A stretch of 32,000 nucleotides of DNA from Halogeometricum borinquense DSM 11551. Its GTDB lineage: Archaea; Halobacteriota; Halobacteria; Halobacteriales; Haloferacaceae. The notes under the pieces are model-generated. The model had not been told where the DNA came from and made no database searches. It saw only the letters and a program-made list of their open reading frames with translations. Position 1 is the stretch's first letter. The number at the start of each line of letters is the position of its first letter. Location: contig NC_014729.1 of NCBI RefSeq assembly GCF_000172995.2, forward strand, positions 480,001-512,000. Direction: 5' to 3'. Shown one piece after another: positions 1 through 8,727 of the stretch. A program made the position numbers and the translations under genes.

Positions 1-1480
1 GGACATCGTCGGTGAACGCCGCCGCCGTCTCCTCGGGTCGGTTCCAGTAGCCTTCGGTGACGTTCGGACCTTTCACGAGCAGTTCACCCACGTCGCCGCC
101 AGCATCGCCCGTCACGTCTCCGACGACGGTCTTGTCGAGTTTCACTTCGACGTCCACGACGGGTGTTCCGATGGTGCCGATTTTCGGCTCTTCGGGCGGG
201 TTCACCGCGATGACGGGTGACGTTTCGGTGAGACCGTATCCCTCCAGAATCGGCAGTCCCATCCCGTGGTACAGCGCACAGAGTTCCGCTGAGAGGCTCC
301 CACCGCCGCTGATGAAGAACTCGATGCGGCCGCCGAGCGCCTCTCGAACCTGATCGAAGACGAGTTTGTCAGCGAGGGCGTGCTTCGCCGAAAGGATGAC
401 GCCGGGCGAGTCAGACTCGTGGTACTCGCGGCCGACATCGACCGCCCACTCGAAGATGCGTTTTTTCGTGGGTGATTTGCTTGCCTCCGACCGAATCGCA
501 TCGTATAGTTTCTCGTAGACGCGCGGAACGCTCGTTCCAACCGTCGGTCTGACGAGTTGGAAATCCTCACGGAGCGTGTCCGGACTCTCCGCGTAGGCGA
601 CGCACGCGCCCGATGCGAACATCAGGAAGTGTCCGGCGAGTCGCTCGAGAACGTGTGCGAGCGGAAGGAACGAGAGCGTCACCATCCCGTTGGTGAGCGT
701 TGGTACGTCCTCTTTGTCCGGACGCGGGCCGAACCGCTTGTAACACTGATTCACGTTCGACCGGAAGTTGTTGTGTGTGAGTTTGACGCCCTTCGGTTGG
801 CCCGTCGTTCCCGAGGTGTAGATAAGCGACGCCAACGACGAAGGGTCCCGCTCGTTTATCCACGACTGGTAGGCTTCTTCGTCGAACGCCGTCGCACCGA
901 TTTCGTGAACGTCGCCCAGCGTGTAGATATCGTCTCTGTCGCGGACGGCCCCGCCCATCCCACTTCCGTCCGCTGGGTCGTCGATGAGGACGATGAAGGA
1001 GAGATCTAACTCGTCTTCGACGGCGAGGACGCGTTGGAGCAGTTCCGCGTTCTCCACGACGACACCCGTCGCACCGGGGTCAGAGAGCAGGTATCGAACT
1101 TGCCGCTCCGACGAGGACGTGTAGACGGTTGTTACGGCACCGCCTGCGGCAAGAATCCCGAAGTCTGACTGCGCCCATTCCATCCGTGTGTGTGAGAAGA
1201 TGCCGACGCGCGATCCGGCTTCGACGCCGAGTTCCCGAAACCCGGCCGCGAGATTCCGGACAATCTCACGCATCTCTCCGTACGTTAGTTCGGAGAAATC
1301 GCCACTCGGCGCTGCGGGCACGACACCCGAACTGACGAGCGACCGGTCGTAAATGCCGCCTTTGTACTGCTGGGCGGGTTCGCCGGTGTTCCGCGCCGCA
1401 CTGTTTTCGAACATCCGTGCCAGCGTCGTGTCGCCGACGACTTCGTCCTCGAACGTCTCCTCTGAGTCCCGCCAATCCAT
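1..1480 (-). CDS. Long-chain fatty-acid--CoA ligase / AMP-dependent synthetase (partial; 3' end runs off the left edge)
   Basis: Absent from the ORF track because it has no stop in the window. Hand translation of the minus strand gives MDWRDSEETFEDEVVGDTTLARMFENSAARNTGEPAQQYKGG...LIYTSGTTGQPKGVKLTH...LEGYGLTETSPV, which carries the AMP-binding P-loop and GYGxTE motifs. In-frame ATGs lie at 1501 and 1480. I prefer 1480 because an A/T box at 1502-1511 then sits about 27 nt upstream. Confidence 0.85.
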   Translation of the reverse strand, partial: MDWRDSEETFEDEVVGDTTLARMFENSAARNTGEPAQQYKGGIYDRSLVSSGVVPAAPSGDFSELTYGEMREIVRNLAAGFRELGVEAGSRVGIFSHTRMEWAQSDFGILAAGGAVTTVYTSSSERQVRYLLSDPGATGVVVENAELLQRVLAVEDELDLSFIVLIDDPADGSGMGGAVRDRDDIYTLGDVHEIGATAFDEEAYQSWINERDPSSLASLIYTSGTTGQPKGVKLTHNNFRSNVNQCYKRFGPRPDKEDVPTLTNGMVTLSFLPLAHVLERLAGHFLMFASGACVAYAESPDTLREDFQLVRPTVGTSVPRVYEKLYDAIRSEASKSPTKKRIFEWAVDVGREYHESDSPGVILSAKHALADKLVFDQVREALGGRIEFFISGGGSLSAELCALYHGMGLPILEGYGLTETSPVIAVNPPEEPKIGTIGTPVVDVEVKLDKTVVGDVTGDAGGDVGELLVKGPNVTEGYWNRPEETAAAFTDDV

Positions 1481-1538
1481 ACAACGAACATATTCGTTCA
1501 TAATTTAAAAGAATATATCCCTCGGTAAGTTCGTTGTT

Positions 1539-1553
1539 CGGCGTTCAACGCCG
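1539..1553 (-). terminator. Palindrome CGGCGTT-C-AACGCCG downstream of the MBL hydrolase gene
   Basis: 7-bp arms, about 65 nt after the stop at 1619. On the minus strand a T-rich stretch (TTCTTTT) follows about 24 nt downstream of the palindrome. Confidence 0.35.
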
Positions 1554-1618
1554 CGCGGTAGGCTCCGAGTTTGTCCTGTTCGTTTACTAATACGTAATGT
1601 GAAACGAGCGGCGAGCTG

Positions 1619-2533
1619 TTACTCTTGTTCGGCTTGCCAGTCTAAGTAGCCGAGGACGCCGCGCACGTTGAGCTTTTCTTCCTCGCTGGCCTTTCTCTCA
1701 CCCCACAGGTCGGTCATCTGTGTGTGTTCTGCGAAGTGTTCGATGACTGCGTCGTCGTCGCCGAGTTCCTCGCGTTTCTGCCGGACCGCTTCGACCCACT
1801 CGACGAGCGTCCGCTTGTACGACTCCATCAGTTCCTCGCTGTACTCGCACGATCCGAAGTGACCGAAGCAAATCCGCTCGGGGGCGATTTCCTCGATTGT
1901 TCGCACGTCGTCCAGACAGGCTTCGAGATCGAACTGCGACGGTGGCGACGTCTGCCGCACTTGCCCGCGTTCCGGCACGTAGATCCCCGCGGCGTCACCG
2001 GTGAACAACAAATCGTCCTTCGAGTCGAGGAACATCGTCTGGTGCGGTGCGTGACCGGGCGCGTGAAACACCGAGAGCGTGCGGTCGCCGAGGTCGATTT
2101 CGTTACCGTCGGTCAGCGGTTCGATTCGGTCCTCGGGGACGGGCTTGGGCTCGACGTAGAACTCCCACTGATCGCCGACGGCCGCTTTCGTCCCTGCGAT
2201 GAGCTTTTCTGGGTCGATGAGGTGTGAGACGCCGATCTCGTGTGTCATAACCGTCGCGTTCGGGCACGCATCAGCGAGATAGCCCGCGCCGCCCGCGTGA
2301 TCGAGATGGATGTGCGTCGGCAGGAGATATTCGACGTCCTCGCGGGCGATGTCGAGTTCGTCCAGCGCATCCAGTAGATGTTCGTGGTTGGTTCCGATGC
2401 CGGTGTCAACGAACGCTGGCCGTTCAGCGTCGATGATGTAAACTGACCCGTACATCTCCGTTTCGTACATCCCGGTATCGACGTAGTAGACGTCGTCCGT
2501 TCCGGGCACCGCAGTCACGTCGCCGATAGCCAT
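1619..2533 (-). CDS. MBL-fold metallo-hydrolase
   Basis: ORF 1619..2605. It has the zinc motif HxHxDH (PTHIHLDHAGG) and a later HAPGHAPH. Start trimmed to MAIGDVT (2533) because the 24 upstream residues are basic and atypical; 2605 remains possible. Confidence 0.85.
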   Translation of the reverse strand: MAIGDVTAVPGTDDVYYVDTGMYETEMYGSVYIIDAERPAFVDTGIGTNHEHLLDALDELDIAREDVEYLLPTHIHLDHAGGAGYLADACPNATVMTHEIGVSHLIDPEKLIAGTKAAVGDQWEFYVEPKPVPEDRIEPLTDGNEIDLGDRTLSVFHAPGHAPHQTMFLDSKDDLLFTGDAAGIYVPERGQVRQTSPPSQFDLEACLDDVRTIEEIAPERICFGHFGSCEYSEELMESYKRTLVEWVEAVRQKREELGDDDAVIEHFAEHTQMTDLWGERKASEEEKLNVRGVLGYLDWQAEQE

Positions 2534-2635
2534 GGCGGATGCGCGATGCGCGGGATGAAAAGCGTTCGGTCCCAGTCGTTTCGCACCGCTCGTTTCGCTT
2601 GTCACTCAGCTGTCGCTGTCTGCTCTGATGATCGC

Positions 2636-3625
2636 TCAGTTGTCCGCGTCAGTGACCGTCTCGTTGTCTGCGTCCGTCGTTTCGTTGCCTGCCTCTTCCG
2701 GCGGGACACACGCCATCAGCGTCGATATCGACGCGATTTTTAGCTCGCCACCGTCGGTGACGGAGACGCTCGTCGAGGACGAGTTGCAGTCGAACTGATC
2801 GGCACCGACCGATTCGGTCGCCTCCGCTCCCGTCTCCAGCACGGATGCGTCGAGTTGGTAATCCGCGGGTTCAGCGAGAACGACCCGGACGTTCGCCTCG
2901 GGTTCGACAGTGTACACGCCGTCGAACCTCACTCGCTCGTCGTCGGCGACGCGAAGCCGAGCCGTCCACGTCTCGTCCGTCGGGTTTCCGAGGAGGACCG
3001 CGTGTGGCTTCCGACTCGTGTCTTCTGTGGTGTCCTCACCGATCCGTTCCGCACGCGACTCGCCCGCCGGAACGGTGTCGGTGACGACGCCGGGACAGGC
3101 CATGCGCGTCGAGGCGGTCATGACGTCGACCGTTCCATCCGACTGGATGGCAGCGGTCGTCGTCGTCGTGTTACAGTCGAACAGTTCGGGACCGAGTTCG
3201 ACCGTCTTGGACGTTCCTGACGCCAGCGAAATTGTCGCCTCGTACCGGTCGAGCGCCGTCAGTATCACGGAGACGGACGCGTCTGAGGCGAGTTCGAACT
3301 GTTCTTCGAAGCGCGTCTCGTCATCGCTTCCGCGAATCTGTAGCGTTCCGACCTGTGAATCGTCGGTCGCGTTCTTGAACTGGAGACGGTGCGGTTTCCT
3401 GAGTCCCGGTTCCGAAAGCGACCCATCGCTGACCGTTCGTGAGACGGTACCCGATCCCGAAACTTGGGTCGGACTCTCTCCGCTCGTCTGGTTGTCGTCT
3501 TCGTCTGTCATCGTTCCCGTTCCCGTCTGTTCGGAGCCGTTTTCCTCGCCACCGCGGGCGGTACAGCCGCCGACTGCGGCGGAGAGTGCGATTCCAACCG
3601 TTCCGAGGAATGCTCTGCGTTCCAT
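2636..3625 (-). CDS. Tat-type lipoprotein with two tandem ~129-aa two-cysteine modules, function unknown
   Basis: N-terminus MERRAFLGTVGIALSAAVGGC has a twin-arginine motif plus lipobox, followed by an acidic T/S-rich linker. Two modules begin RKPH and each contains FDCN...26 aa...MAC with identical spacing. Confidence 0.75.
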   Translation of the reverse strand: MERRAFLGTVGIALSAAVGGCTARGGEENGSEQTGTGTMTDEDDNQTSGESPTQVSGSGTVSRTVSDGSLSEPGLRKPHRLQFKNATDDSQVGTLQIRGSDDETRFEEQFELASDASVSVILTALDRYEATISLASGTSKTVELGPELFDCNTTTTTAAIQSDGTVDVMTASTRMACPGVVTDTVPAGESRAERIGEDTTEDTSRKPHAVLLGNPTDETWTARLRVADDERVRFDGVYTVEPEANVRVVLAEPADYQLDASVLETGAEATESVGADQFDCNSSSTSVSVTDGGELKIASISTLMACVPPEEAGNETTDADNETVTDADN

Positions 3626-3640
3626 ACTCCTCGTCTATCG

Positions 3641-3662
3641 GGGATACCTATCGTCGTATCCC
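3641..3662. promoter_or_regulatory. Inverted repeat GGGATA-N10-TATCCC over the expected TATA position of the lipoprotein gene
   Basis: Perfect 6-bp arms lie 16-37 nt upstream of the ATG at 3625 (minus strand). This is a candidate operator. Confidence 0.4.
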
Positions 3663-3663
3663 A

Positions 3664-3685
3664 GACTCAAAACGGTCTTTGAGTC
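3664..3685 (-). terminator. Perfect 8-bp stem / 6-nt loop hairpin (GACTCAAA-ACGGTC-TTTGAGTC) downstream of the wHTH gene
   Basis: It starts 17 nt after the stop at 3702 on the minus strand. It could be a terminator or a second operator. Confidence 0.4.
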
Positions 3686-3701
3686 CTGCCAGTTGGTCGC
3701 T

Positions 3702-4319
3702 CTATTCGGCATCGGTACCCCTCTGAGACGACTGCAAGTACCGGAATCCGACCATGAAGAAGACGGCTATCAAGCCAACCGCTAACACTGCACCTCCTGG
3801 ACCGAGAGCGAACCCGCGGACGGCCTCGAACAGAGTCGGTTCCGGCGAGAGGGGTGCGCCTCGGGTTGGTCTGACGGGAACGGGTGTCGGCCACGCGACG
3901 TGGACGAGGAGACTCGCGACGAGAACGCCGGCGACACCGGCGAGCGAGCGTCGAAGCGTATCCGAGACGGACGACCTCGCTTGATCCGTCTCCGCGTACA
4001 GGACGAGTGGGTCGTGTTTCGGACCGTATACGTTCATTTCGCGGCCCTGCGCGGAGTACCACGTCCCGACGGCTTCGACGACCCCCGCCTCCTTGAGTCG
4101 GTCCAAGTGGTAGCTCACGTTCTGTACGGACGTGTCCACTGACGAGGCGAGGTCCGACGTCGTCTGTGGTTCCTCGTACACTGCGGCGAGAATCTCGCGC
4201 GCGGTTTCCGAGGTGACGACCGAGACGATTTCTTCGGCGTCACTGTCATCGAAAGAGACCAGTCTCGGGTCGGTTCCATCCCCATCAACGGGTGGTTTCA
4301 GCGGCAGCAGCGAACTCAT
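3702..4319 (-). CDS. ArsR-like winged-helix regulator with C-terminal membrane anchor
   Basis: ORF 3702..4400 trimmed to MSSLLPLKPP. The wHTH core is TSDLASSVDTSVQNVSYHLDRLKEAGVVEAV. Two hydrophobic segments lie near the C-terminus (LAGVAGVLVASLLVHVAW; GGAVLAVGLIAVFFMVGF). Confidence 0.8.
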   Translation of the reverse strand: MSSLLPLKPPVDGDGTDPRLVSFDDSDAEEIVSVVTSETAREILAAVYEEPQTTSDLASSVDTSVQNVSYHLDRLKEAGVVEAVGTWYSAQGREMNVYGPKHDPLVLYAETDQARSSVSDTLRRSLAGVAGVLVASLLVHVAWPTPVPVRPTRGAPLSPEPTLFEAVRGFALGPGGAVLAVGLIAVFFMVGFRYLQSSQRGTDAE

Positions 4320-4517
4320 CGATACCCCTCTGTCTTTCCTCCGCGCGGTTAGGACTTCCCAACGCTCAAAGGGTTGTTTGCGTCTGTGTCTACGGCGCAT
4401 ACTGCTCCAACCCGCGCGCTCCCGGCCGTCCAGCCGTTCTCGACCGACGCCAGCTTCGAGGCAGCGGTTCGCACAGATGCGACACGGTTTTGCCGCGTCC
4501 CACTGAACCGATGGGCA

Positions 4518-5900
4518 ATGATTAGTAGGCAGTTCCTCCGAGAGAACCCGGAGACGGTACGGGAGGCGCTCCGCAGCAAGGGAGTCGATGACGTGGACTT
4601 AGACCACATCCTCGAGGTAGACGAGGAGTGGCGGTCGCTGAAGAAACGCGGTGACGACCTTCGACACGAGCGCAACGAAACCTCCTCGAAGATTGGCGAA
4701 CTGAAAGCCGAGGGGAAAGACGAGGAAGCACAGGAAGCGATCGAGCGCTCGCAAGAACTCAAATCGGAGTTGGCCGAAGTCGAAGACCGCGCGGACGAAC
4801 TCGAAGCCGAATTGGAGGAGCGACTGCTCGAACTCCCGCAGATTCCCCACGACGATGTGCCTGTCGGTGAGGACGAGTCAGAGAACGTCGAACGCCGCCG
4901 CGAAGGGTTCGACGACCTGCGCGAGTTGCCCGACGAAGTGATTCCGCACTACGATTTGGGCGAGGAACTGGACATCCTCGACTTCGAACGCGGTGCGAAG
5001 GTCACCGGCGGCGGGTTCTACTTCGCGAAGGGCGACGGCGCGCGCCTCGAACACGCTCTCATTCAGTTCATGATGGATGTTCACCGCGAGCAGGGCTACG
5101 TGGACCTGTTCCCGCCCATCCCGGTGAATTCACAATCGATGACCGGGACCGGTCAGTTCCCCAAGTTCACCGAGGACGCCTACCGAATCGGTAAGGCGAA
5201 CGGGAAGGAACGGGACGACGACGACCTGTGGCTCTGCCCCACGGCTGAGGTCCCCGTCACGAACATGTACCGTGACGAGATTCTCCTCGACGACGACCTG
5301 CCGGTGAAGCATCAGGCGTACACGCCGAACTTCCGACGCGAGGCGGGCGAACACGGGACGGAGACACGCGGTATCGTTCGCGTTCACCAGTTCAACAAGG
5401 TCGAGATGGTTAACTTCGTCCGCCCGGAGAACAGTTACGAACAGTTCGAGGAACTGCTGGACGAAGCCGAGGAGGTCCTTCGTCGCCTCGAACTCCCCTA
5501 CCGAATCTTGGAGATGTGTACGGGTGACCTCGGCTTCACGCAGGCGAAAAAGTACGACATCGAGGTGTGGGCACCCGGCGACGACATGGAGGACGGTCCC
5601 GAAGAGGGCGGTCGGTGGCTCGAAGTGTCGTCGGTGTCGAACTTCGAGGATTTCCAAGCCCGACGCGCCGGACTTCGCTACCGCCCCGAACGCCACGAGT
5701 CGGCCGAGTATCTCCACACGCTGAACGGGTCGGGTCTCGCCATCCCGCGTGTCGTGGTCGCTATCATGGAGTATTACCAGAACGACGACGGCACCGTCAC
5801 CGTCCCCGAAGCCCTTCGCCCGTACATGGGCGGCACCGAGGTTATCGAGGGCCACGACCCGGTCGGCGAGTCGGCCGTCGGCGCAGGCAAGAAAGACTAA
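4518..5900 (+). CDS. serS: Serine--tRNA ligase
   Basis: ORF 4374..5900 trimmed to MISRQFLRENPETVREALRSKG. It has the N-terminal coiled-coil tRNA-binding arm and class II core motifs (FRREAGEHG, TLNGSGLAIPR). The 48 upstream residues look non-coding. Confidence 0.95.
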   Translation: MISRQFLRENPETVREALRSKGVDDVDLDHILEVDEEWRSLKKRGDDLRHERNETSSKIGELKAEGKDEEAQEAIERSQELKSELAEVEDRADELEAELEERLLELPQIPHDDVPVGEDESENVERRREGFDDLRELPDEVIPHYDLGEELDILDFERGAKVTGGGFYFAKGDGARLEHALIQFMMDVHREQGYVDLFPPIPVNSQSMTGTGQFPKFTEDAYRIGKANGKERDDDDLWLCPTAEVPVTNMYRDEILLDDDLPVKHQAYTPNFRREAGEHGTETRGIVRVHQFNKVEMVNFVRPENSYEQFEELLDEAEEVLRRLELPYRILEMCTGDLGFTQAKKYDIEVWAPGDDMEDGPEEGGRWLEVSSVSNFEDFQARRAGLRYRPERHESAEYLHTLNGSGLAIPRVVVAIMEYYQNDDGTVTVPEALRPYMGGTEVIEGHDPVGESAVGAGKKD

Positions 5901-5939
5901 CACTCTCGCTCACAAAGCGGGAGTCTCCGATTTAATCGT

Positions 5940-5971
5940 CCGTTTAGTACCAAAAACGGCCGAAATTCGGC
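5940..5971 (+). terminator. Two adjacent hairpins after serS (CCGTTT-N8-AAACGG; GCCGAA-A-TTCGGC)
   Basis: Read directly from the sequence, 40-70 nt downstream of the serS stop in an AT-rich spacer. Confidence 0.4.
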
Positions 5972-6013
5972 TATAATCGCAGTCACGGCCGACCCCCTAC
6001 TTTACCCCGTAGA

Positions 6014-6340
6014 GTGTGCGACGAATATGGTCTACTCGACTGGTCTGATGGGAGTCGGAGGTGCGTCGGTTTGATCAATCCGCACGATGACACGCCGTGG
6101 CGGGAGGTCGGCCAGCATCAGTTCGATACGACGGACGAACTCGACGTGACGCTCACGACGACACTCCGTCCGGACGAAACGTCCGCCCCACGATTGCGCG
6201 GCATCGACCCCGAAGAGGCCGAACGACTGCTCCGGTCGGCGCGTGAGGCGGGCGTTGATCTCGAAGTCCGCTTTTGCGTCGATGGGCGGCCCGTTAAGAT
6301 AGATACGAAGGGCGTCGTATCGGTCAAAGACGACTGTTGA
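6014..6340 (+). CDS. Hypothetical acidic protein (108 aa)
   Basis: GTG-initiated ORF with coding-like third-position GC and acidic composition. No motif recognised and no alternative in-frame ATG. Confidence 0.45.
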   Translation: MCDEYGLLDWSDGSRRCVGLINPHDDTPWREVGQHQFDTTDELDVTLTTTLRPDETSAPRLRGIDPEEAERLLRSAREAGVDLEVRFCVDGRPVKIDTKGVVSVKDDC

Positions 6341-6348
6341 GAGAACAG

Positions 6349-6456
6349 CCGTACTCGTTGTTACTGCCGTACTCGTTGTTACTGCCGTACTCGTTGTTAC
6401 TGCCGTACTCGTTGTTACTGCCGTACTCGTTGTTCCTATCGTACTCGTCGCTACTT
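6349..6456. repeat. 18-bp tandem array: 4 identical units CCGTACTCGTTGTTACTG plus 2 decayed units
   Basis: Identical units at 6349-6366, 6367-6384, 6385-6402 and 6403-6420. Decayed units at 6421-6438 and 6439-6456. The last unit covers the TAG stop at 6451-6453. Confidence 0.95.
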
Positions 6457-6885
6457 CTCCCGCGCGAACGTCTCGATTCGTCGCACCCGGCCGTTACCCG
6501 CTCGCGCTTCGTCGCTGCTCGCATCCGAGTCGCTCTGTCCCGCTCCGACAGTAAACACGTCCACGAATGTGAAGCGGACGTCGCCGTCTGCCCCGAGTAA
6601 TCGGCCCCGAACGACCCACCCGTCGCCCTCGGTTTGGCGGTAGGTCGCCGTCACGTCGTGTCTCGTGTCTGTTTCCGGGCGGTCGTCCCGCATGAACGAG
6701 ACGAACGTCTCTCGTCCTGAGAGGGTCTGGTCGGGGCGGTCGTGGACGAACGCGGGCGAGAGTAGCGACGCGAGGCGGTCGTAGTCGCCCGCGTCGATGG
6801 CGTCGTAGTAGGCTTCGACGAGTTGCCGTCCCGACGCGGCGGCGTCTTCCGAATGCATACGTTCGAGTCGTGGGGCCGACGACAA
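6451..6885 (-). CDS. SnoaL-like / NTF2-fold protein
   Basis: Size and N-terminal pattern LVEAYYDAIDAGDYDRLASLLSPAFVHD are typical of SnoaL/NTF2-like polyketide-cyclase-fold proteins. An alternative start is MHSED at 6858. Confidence 0.7.
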   Translation of the reverse strand: MSSAPRLERMHSEDAAASGRQLVEAYYDAIDAGDYDRLASLLSPAFVHDRPDQTLSGRETFVSFMRDDRPETDTRHDVTATYRQTEGDGWVVRGRLLGADGDVRFTFVDVFTVGAGQSDSDASSDEARAGNGRVRRIETFAREK

Positions 6886-6965
6886 GTCGTTGACGGGTCT
6901 GGTGCCTGATTCGACGCGGCATCTGGTCCCACGAAACAGCTAGCCACTCGTCCGCTGACGAACCG

Positions 6966-6973
6966 CTTTTATC
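6966..6973 (+). promoter_or_regulatory. TATA-like box CTTTTATC for tsr3
   Basis: About 29 nt upstream of the GTG at 6999. Confidence 0.45.
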
Positions 6974-6998
6974 GATACGTCGCCGACCACGAACTATC

Positions 6999-7514
6999 GT
7001 GTCCGACTCTCCGTCCCCGAGCCTGCACGTCCGGTACGAGGGTGACGACGACCCGGCGAAGTGTACGGCGCGGAAGTTGGCGAAGTTCGATCTCGCTGAA
7101 CTCCACCATTCGGACCGCGCGACACCGTACGGCGTCGTTCTCAACCCCCATGCGGAGCGCGCGCTCTCCCCCGAAGATTCCGATACGGGAACGCTCGTCG
7201 CGCTCGACTGTTCGTGGGAATCGGCCGGCGAGGCGATGTTCTCGCTTCCCGGCGACCACCGCGCGCTCCCGTATCTCGTCGCGGCAAATCCCGTCAACTT
7301 CGGGCGGCCGATGCAACTCACCACCGTCGAAGCCCTCGCGGCCGCCCTCTGTATATTCGGCCGCGACGACCACGCAGAGCGCATTCTCTCGAAGTTCACG
7401 TGGGGACACACGTTTCTCGAACTGAACGAGGAACCGCTCAGACGGTACGCCAACTGTGAGGACTCGACCGCTATCGTCGAGGTGCAGCAGGAGTATCTCG
7501 ACCGCGGCGACTGA
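6999..7514 (+). CDS. tsr3: 16S rRNA aminocarboxypropyltransferase Tsr3 (DUF367 family)
   Basis: GTG start. Motifs [15 protein letters not shown] and [28 protein letters not shown] match the Tsr3 family. Confidence 0.85.
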   Translation: MSDSPSPSLHVRYEGDDDPAKCTARKLAKFDLAELHHSDRATPYGVVLNPHAERALSPEDSDTGTLVALDCSWESAGEAMFSLPGDHRALPYLVAANPVNFGRPMQLTTVEALAAALCIFGRDDHAERILSKFTWGHTFLELNEEPLRRYANCEDSTAIVEVQQEYLDRGD

Positions 7515-7634
7515 CCCCAGTCTCCGGAAAATCGAGTGACGAAAGCCGGGTGACCGGATCGACAACCGCAGATGACTGGAGCGCCGGAAGCGGACGACTG
7601 ACACGTACTGGCGCGCGACGGCCGAACGGACGCG

Positions 7635-7641
7635 CTTTTAC
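7635..7641 (+). promoter_or_regulatory. TATA-like box CTTTTAC for the NOG1-family gene
   Basis: About 29 nt upstream of the ATG at 7667, which supports the trimmed start. Confidence 0.4.
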
Positions 7642-7666
7642 CCCTCGGCCGAATAGAGAGGTCAAC

Positions 7667-8641
7667 ATGATTTTCGAGTCCCTCCCGACGACACCGCGGT
7701 CGGAGGAGCTTCTCGACAAAGCCTTCTCTCGCGCCGCGCGGTCCGGTCGGGCGAAGTCGGGCCACGAGGCCCAAGAGTCGATGCTCCAGACGGCCTCGTC
7801 TATCCTCTCGGACAACTTGGAGAACGTCGTCACGGAGTGGCCCGACTTCGGCACCGTTGACCCGTTCTACTACGAACTGGCCGACGCGATAGTCGATGTT
7901 GACGAACTCCGACAGAGTCTTTCTGAAGTAACGTGGGCGAGCCGGCAGATTGCCGAGATCCGTAGCGAATATCTCTCGAAGATGCGGAAAACGGACAAAG
8001 ACACGGCCCGAAAACACCGAAAGCAGGCGTTCGCCCGGATGGCGGACATCATGGACGAAATCGAAGACGACCTCCTGCAAATCGGCGAGGCCCGCGACTC
8101 GCTGAAGGGTCTGCCCGATATTCGCCCGGACGAACCCGCTATCGTCGTCGCCGGCTACCCGAACGTCGGCAAGTCGTCGTTCGTCAACCACGTCACCCGC
8201 GCTTCTAACGAAATCGCGCGATACCCGTTCACGACGAAAGGCGTTCAGATCGGCCACTTCGAACGCGACCGAATTCGTTACCAGATCATCGACACGCCCG
8301 GCCTGCTCGACAGACCCGAGGAAGACCGAAACGACATCGAGAAGCAGGCCGTCAGCGCCCTCGAACACCTCGCGGATGCCGCTCTGTTCGTTGTAGACGC
8401 AAGCGGCGACTGCGGCTACCCACTGGACGCGCAACTCGAACTCCGCGACGCCGTCGAAGCGCGGTTCGCGGAGCGGAACGTGCCCGTACTTACCGTCTGT
8501 AACAAGAGCGATCGCTCGACGGACGTTGAGGCGGACTACTACATGAGCGTCGAGAACGAGGAAGGCGTCGAGGAAGTCCTTACGGCGTCAGTCGATGCCG
8601 TCGCGTGGAGTCCGGACATCCCGCCTTCGCGGCAGGAATAG
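7667..8641 (+). CDS. NOG1-family GTP-binding protein
   Basis: ORF 7550..8641 trimmed to MIFESLPTTPRSEELLDKAF (NOG1 N-terminal helical domain). G1 is GYPNVGKSS, G3 is DTPGLLDRP and G4 is NKSD. Confidence 0.9.
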   Translation: MIFESLPTTPRSEELLDKAFSRAARSGRAKSGHEAQESMLQTASSILSDNLENVVTEWPDFGTVDPFYYELADAIVDVDELRQSLSEVTWASRQIAEIRSEYLSKMRKTDKDTARKHRKQAFARMADIMDEIEDDLLQIGEARDSLKGLPDIRPDEPAIVVAGYPNVGKSSFVNHVTRASNEIARYPFTTKGVQIGHFERDRIRYQIIDTPGLLDRPEEDRNDIEKQAVSALEHLADAALFVVDASGDCGYPLDAQLELRDAVEARFAERNVPVLTVCNKSDRSTDVEADYYMSVENEEGVEEVLTASVDAVAWSPDIPPSRQE

Positions 8642-8727
8642 TTCGATACGCGCCGTTTTGCGGTTCAAAAGGAAGGGCCGAAGCGAACGGTCCGTCGAGT
8701 TGCGGGACCGTCATGCGGGGTCGCAGT

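Noticed and set aside
2910-3785. 291-aa plus-strand ORF
   Set aside because: It is antisense to the Tat lipoprotein gene, Ser-rich, with no motif or promoter context.
4374-4517. Longer N-terminal extensions in the track for serS (4374), wHTH (4400), NOG1-like (7550), mutS (22847), moxR (22889), DUF58 (23796), NUDIX (28916) and Mer-like (16158)
   Set aside because: The extensions are basic or low-complexity, overlap neighbouring genes or promoters, and precede internal ATGs that begin the recognisable family N-termini. Most of those ATGs have an A/T box about 27 nt upstream.
5130-5903. 257-aa minus-strand ORF
   Set aside because: It is antisense to serS with no recognisable domain.
6324-6524. 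66-aa ORF ending in (NNEYGS)5 as an independent gene or repeat-core peptide precursor
   Set aside because: Its N-terminal half is an Arg-rich alternate frame of the SnoaL-like gene's 3' end. It has no promoter context, and no maturation or modification genes lie nearby. I keep it only as a possibility under the array finding.
6494-8434. 646-aa ORF on the minus strand, the longest in this part of the track
   Set aside because: It is antisense to the well-supported tsr3 and NOG1-family genes and in part overlaps the SnoaL-like gene in another frame. Its composition is R/S/G-rich with no motif. This is a typical stop-free antisense frame in high-GC DNA.
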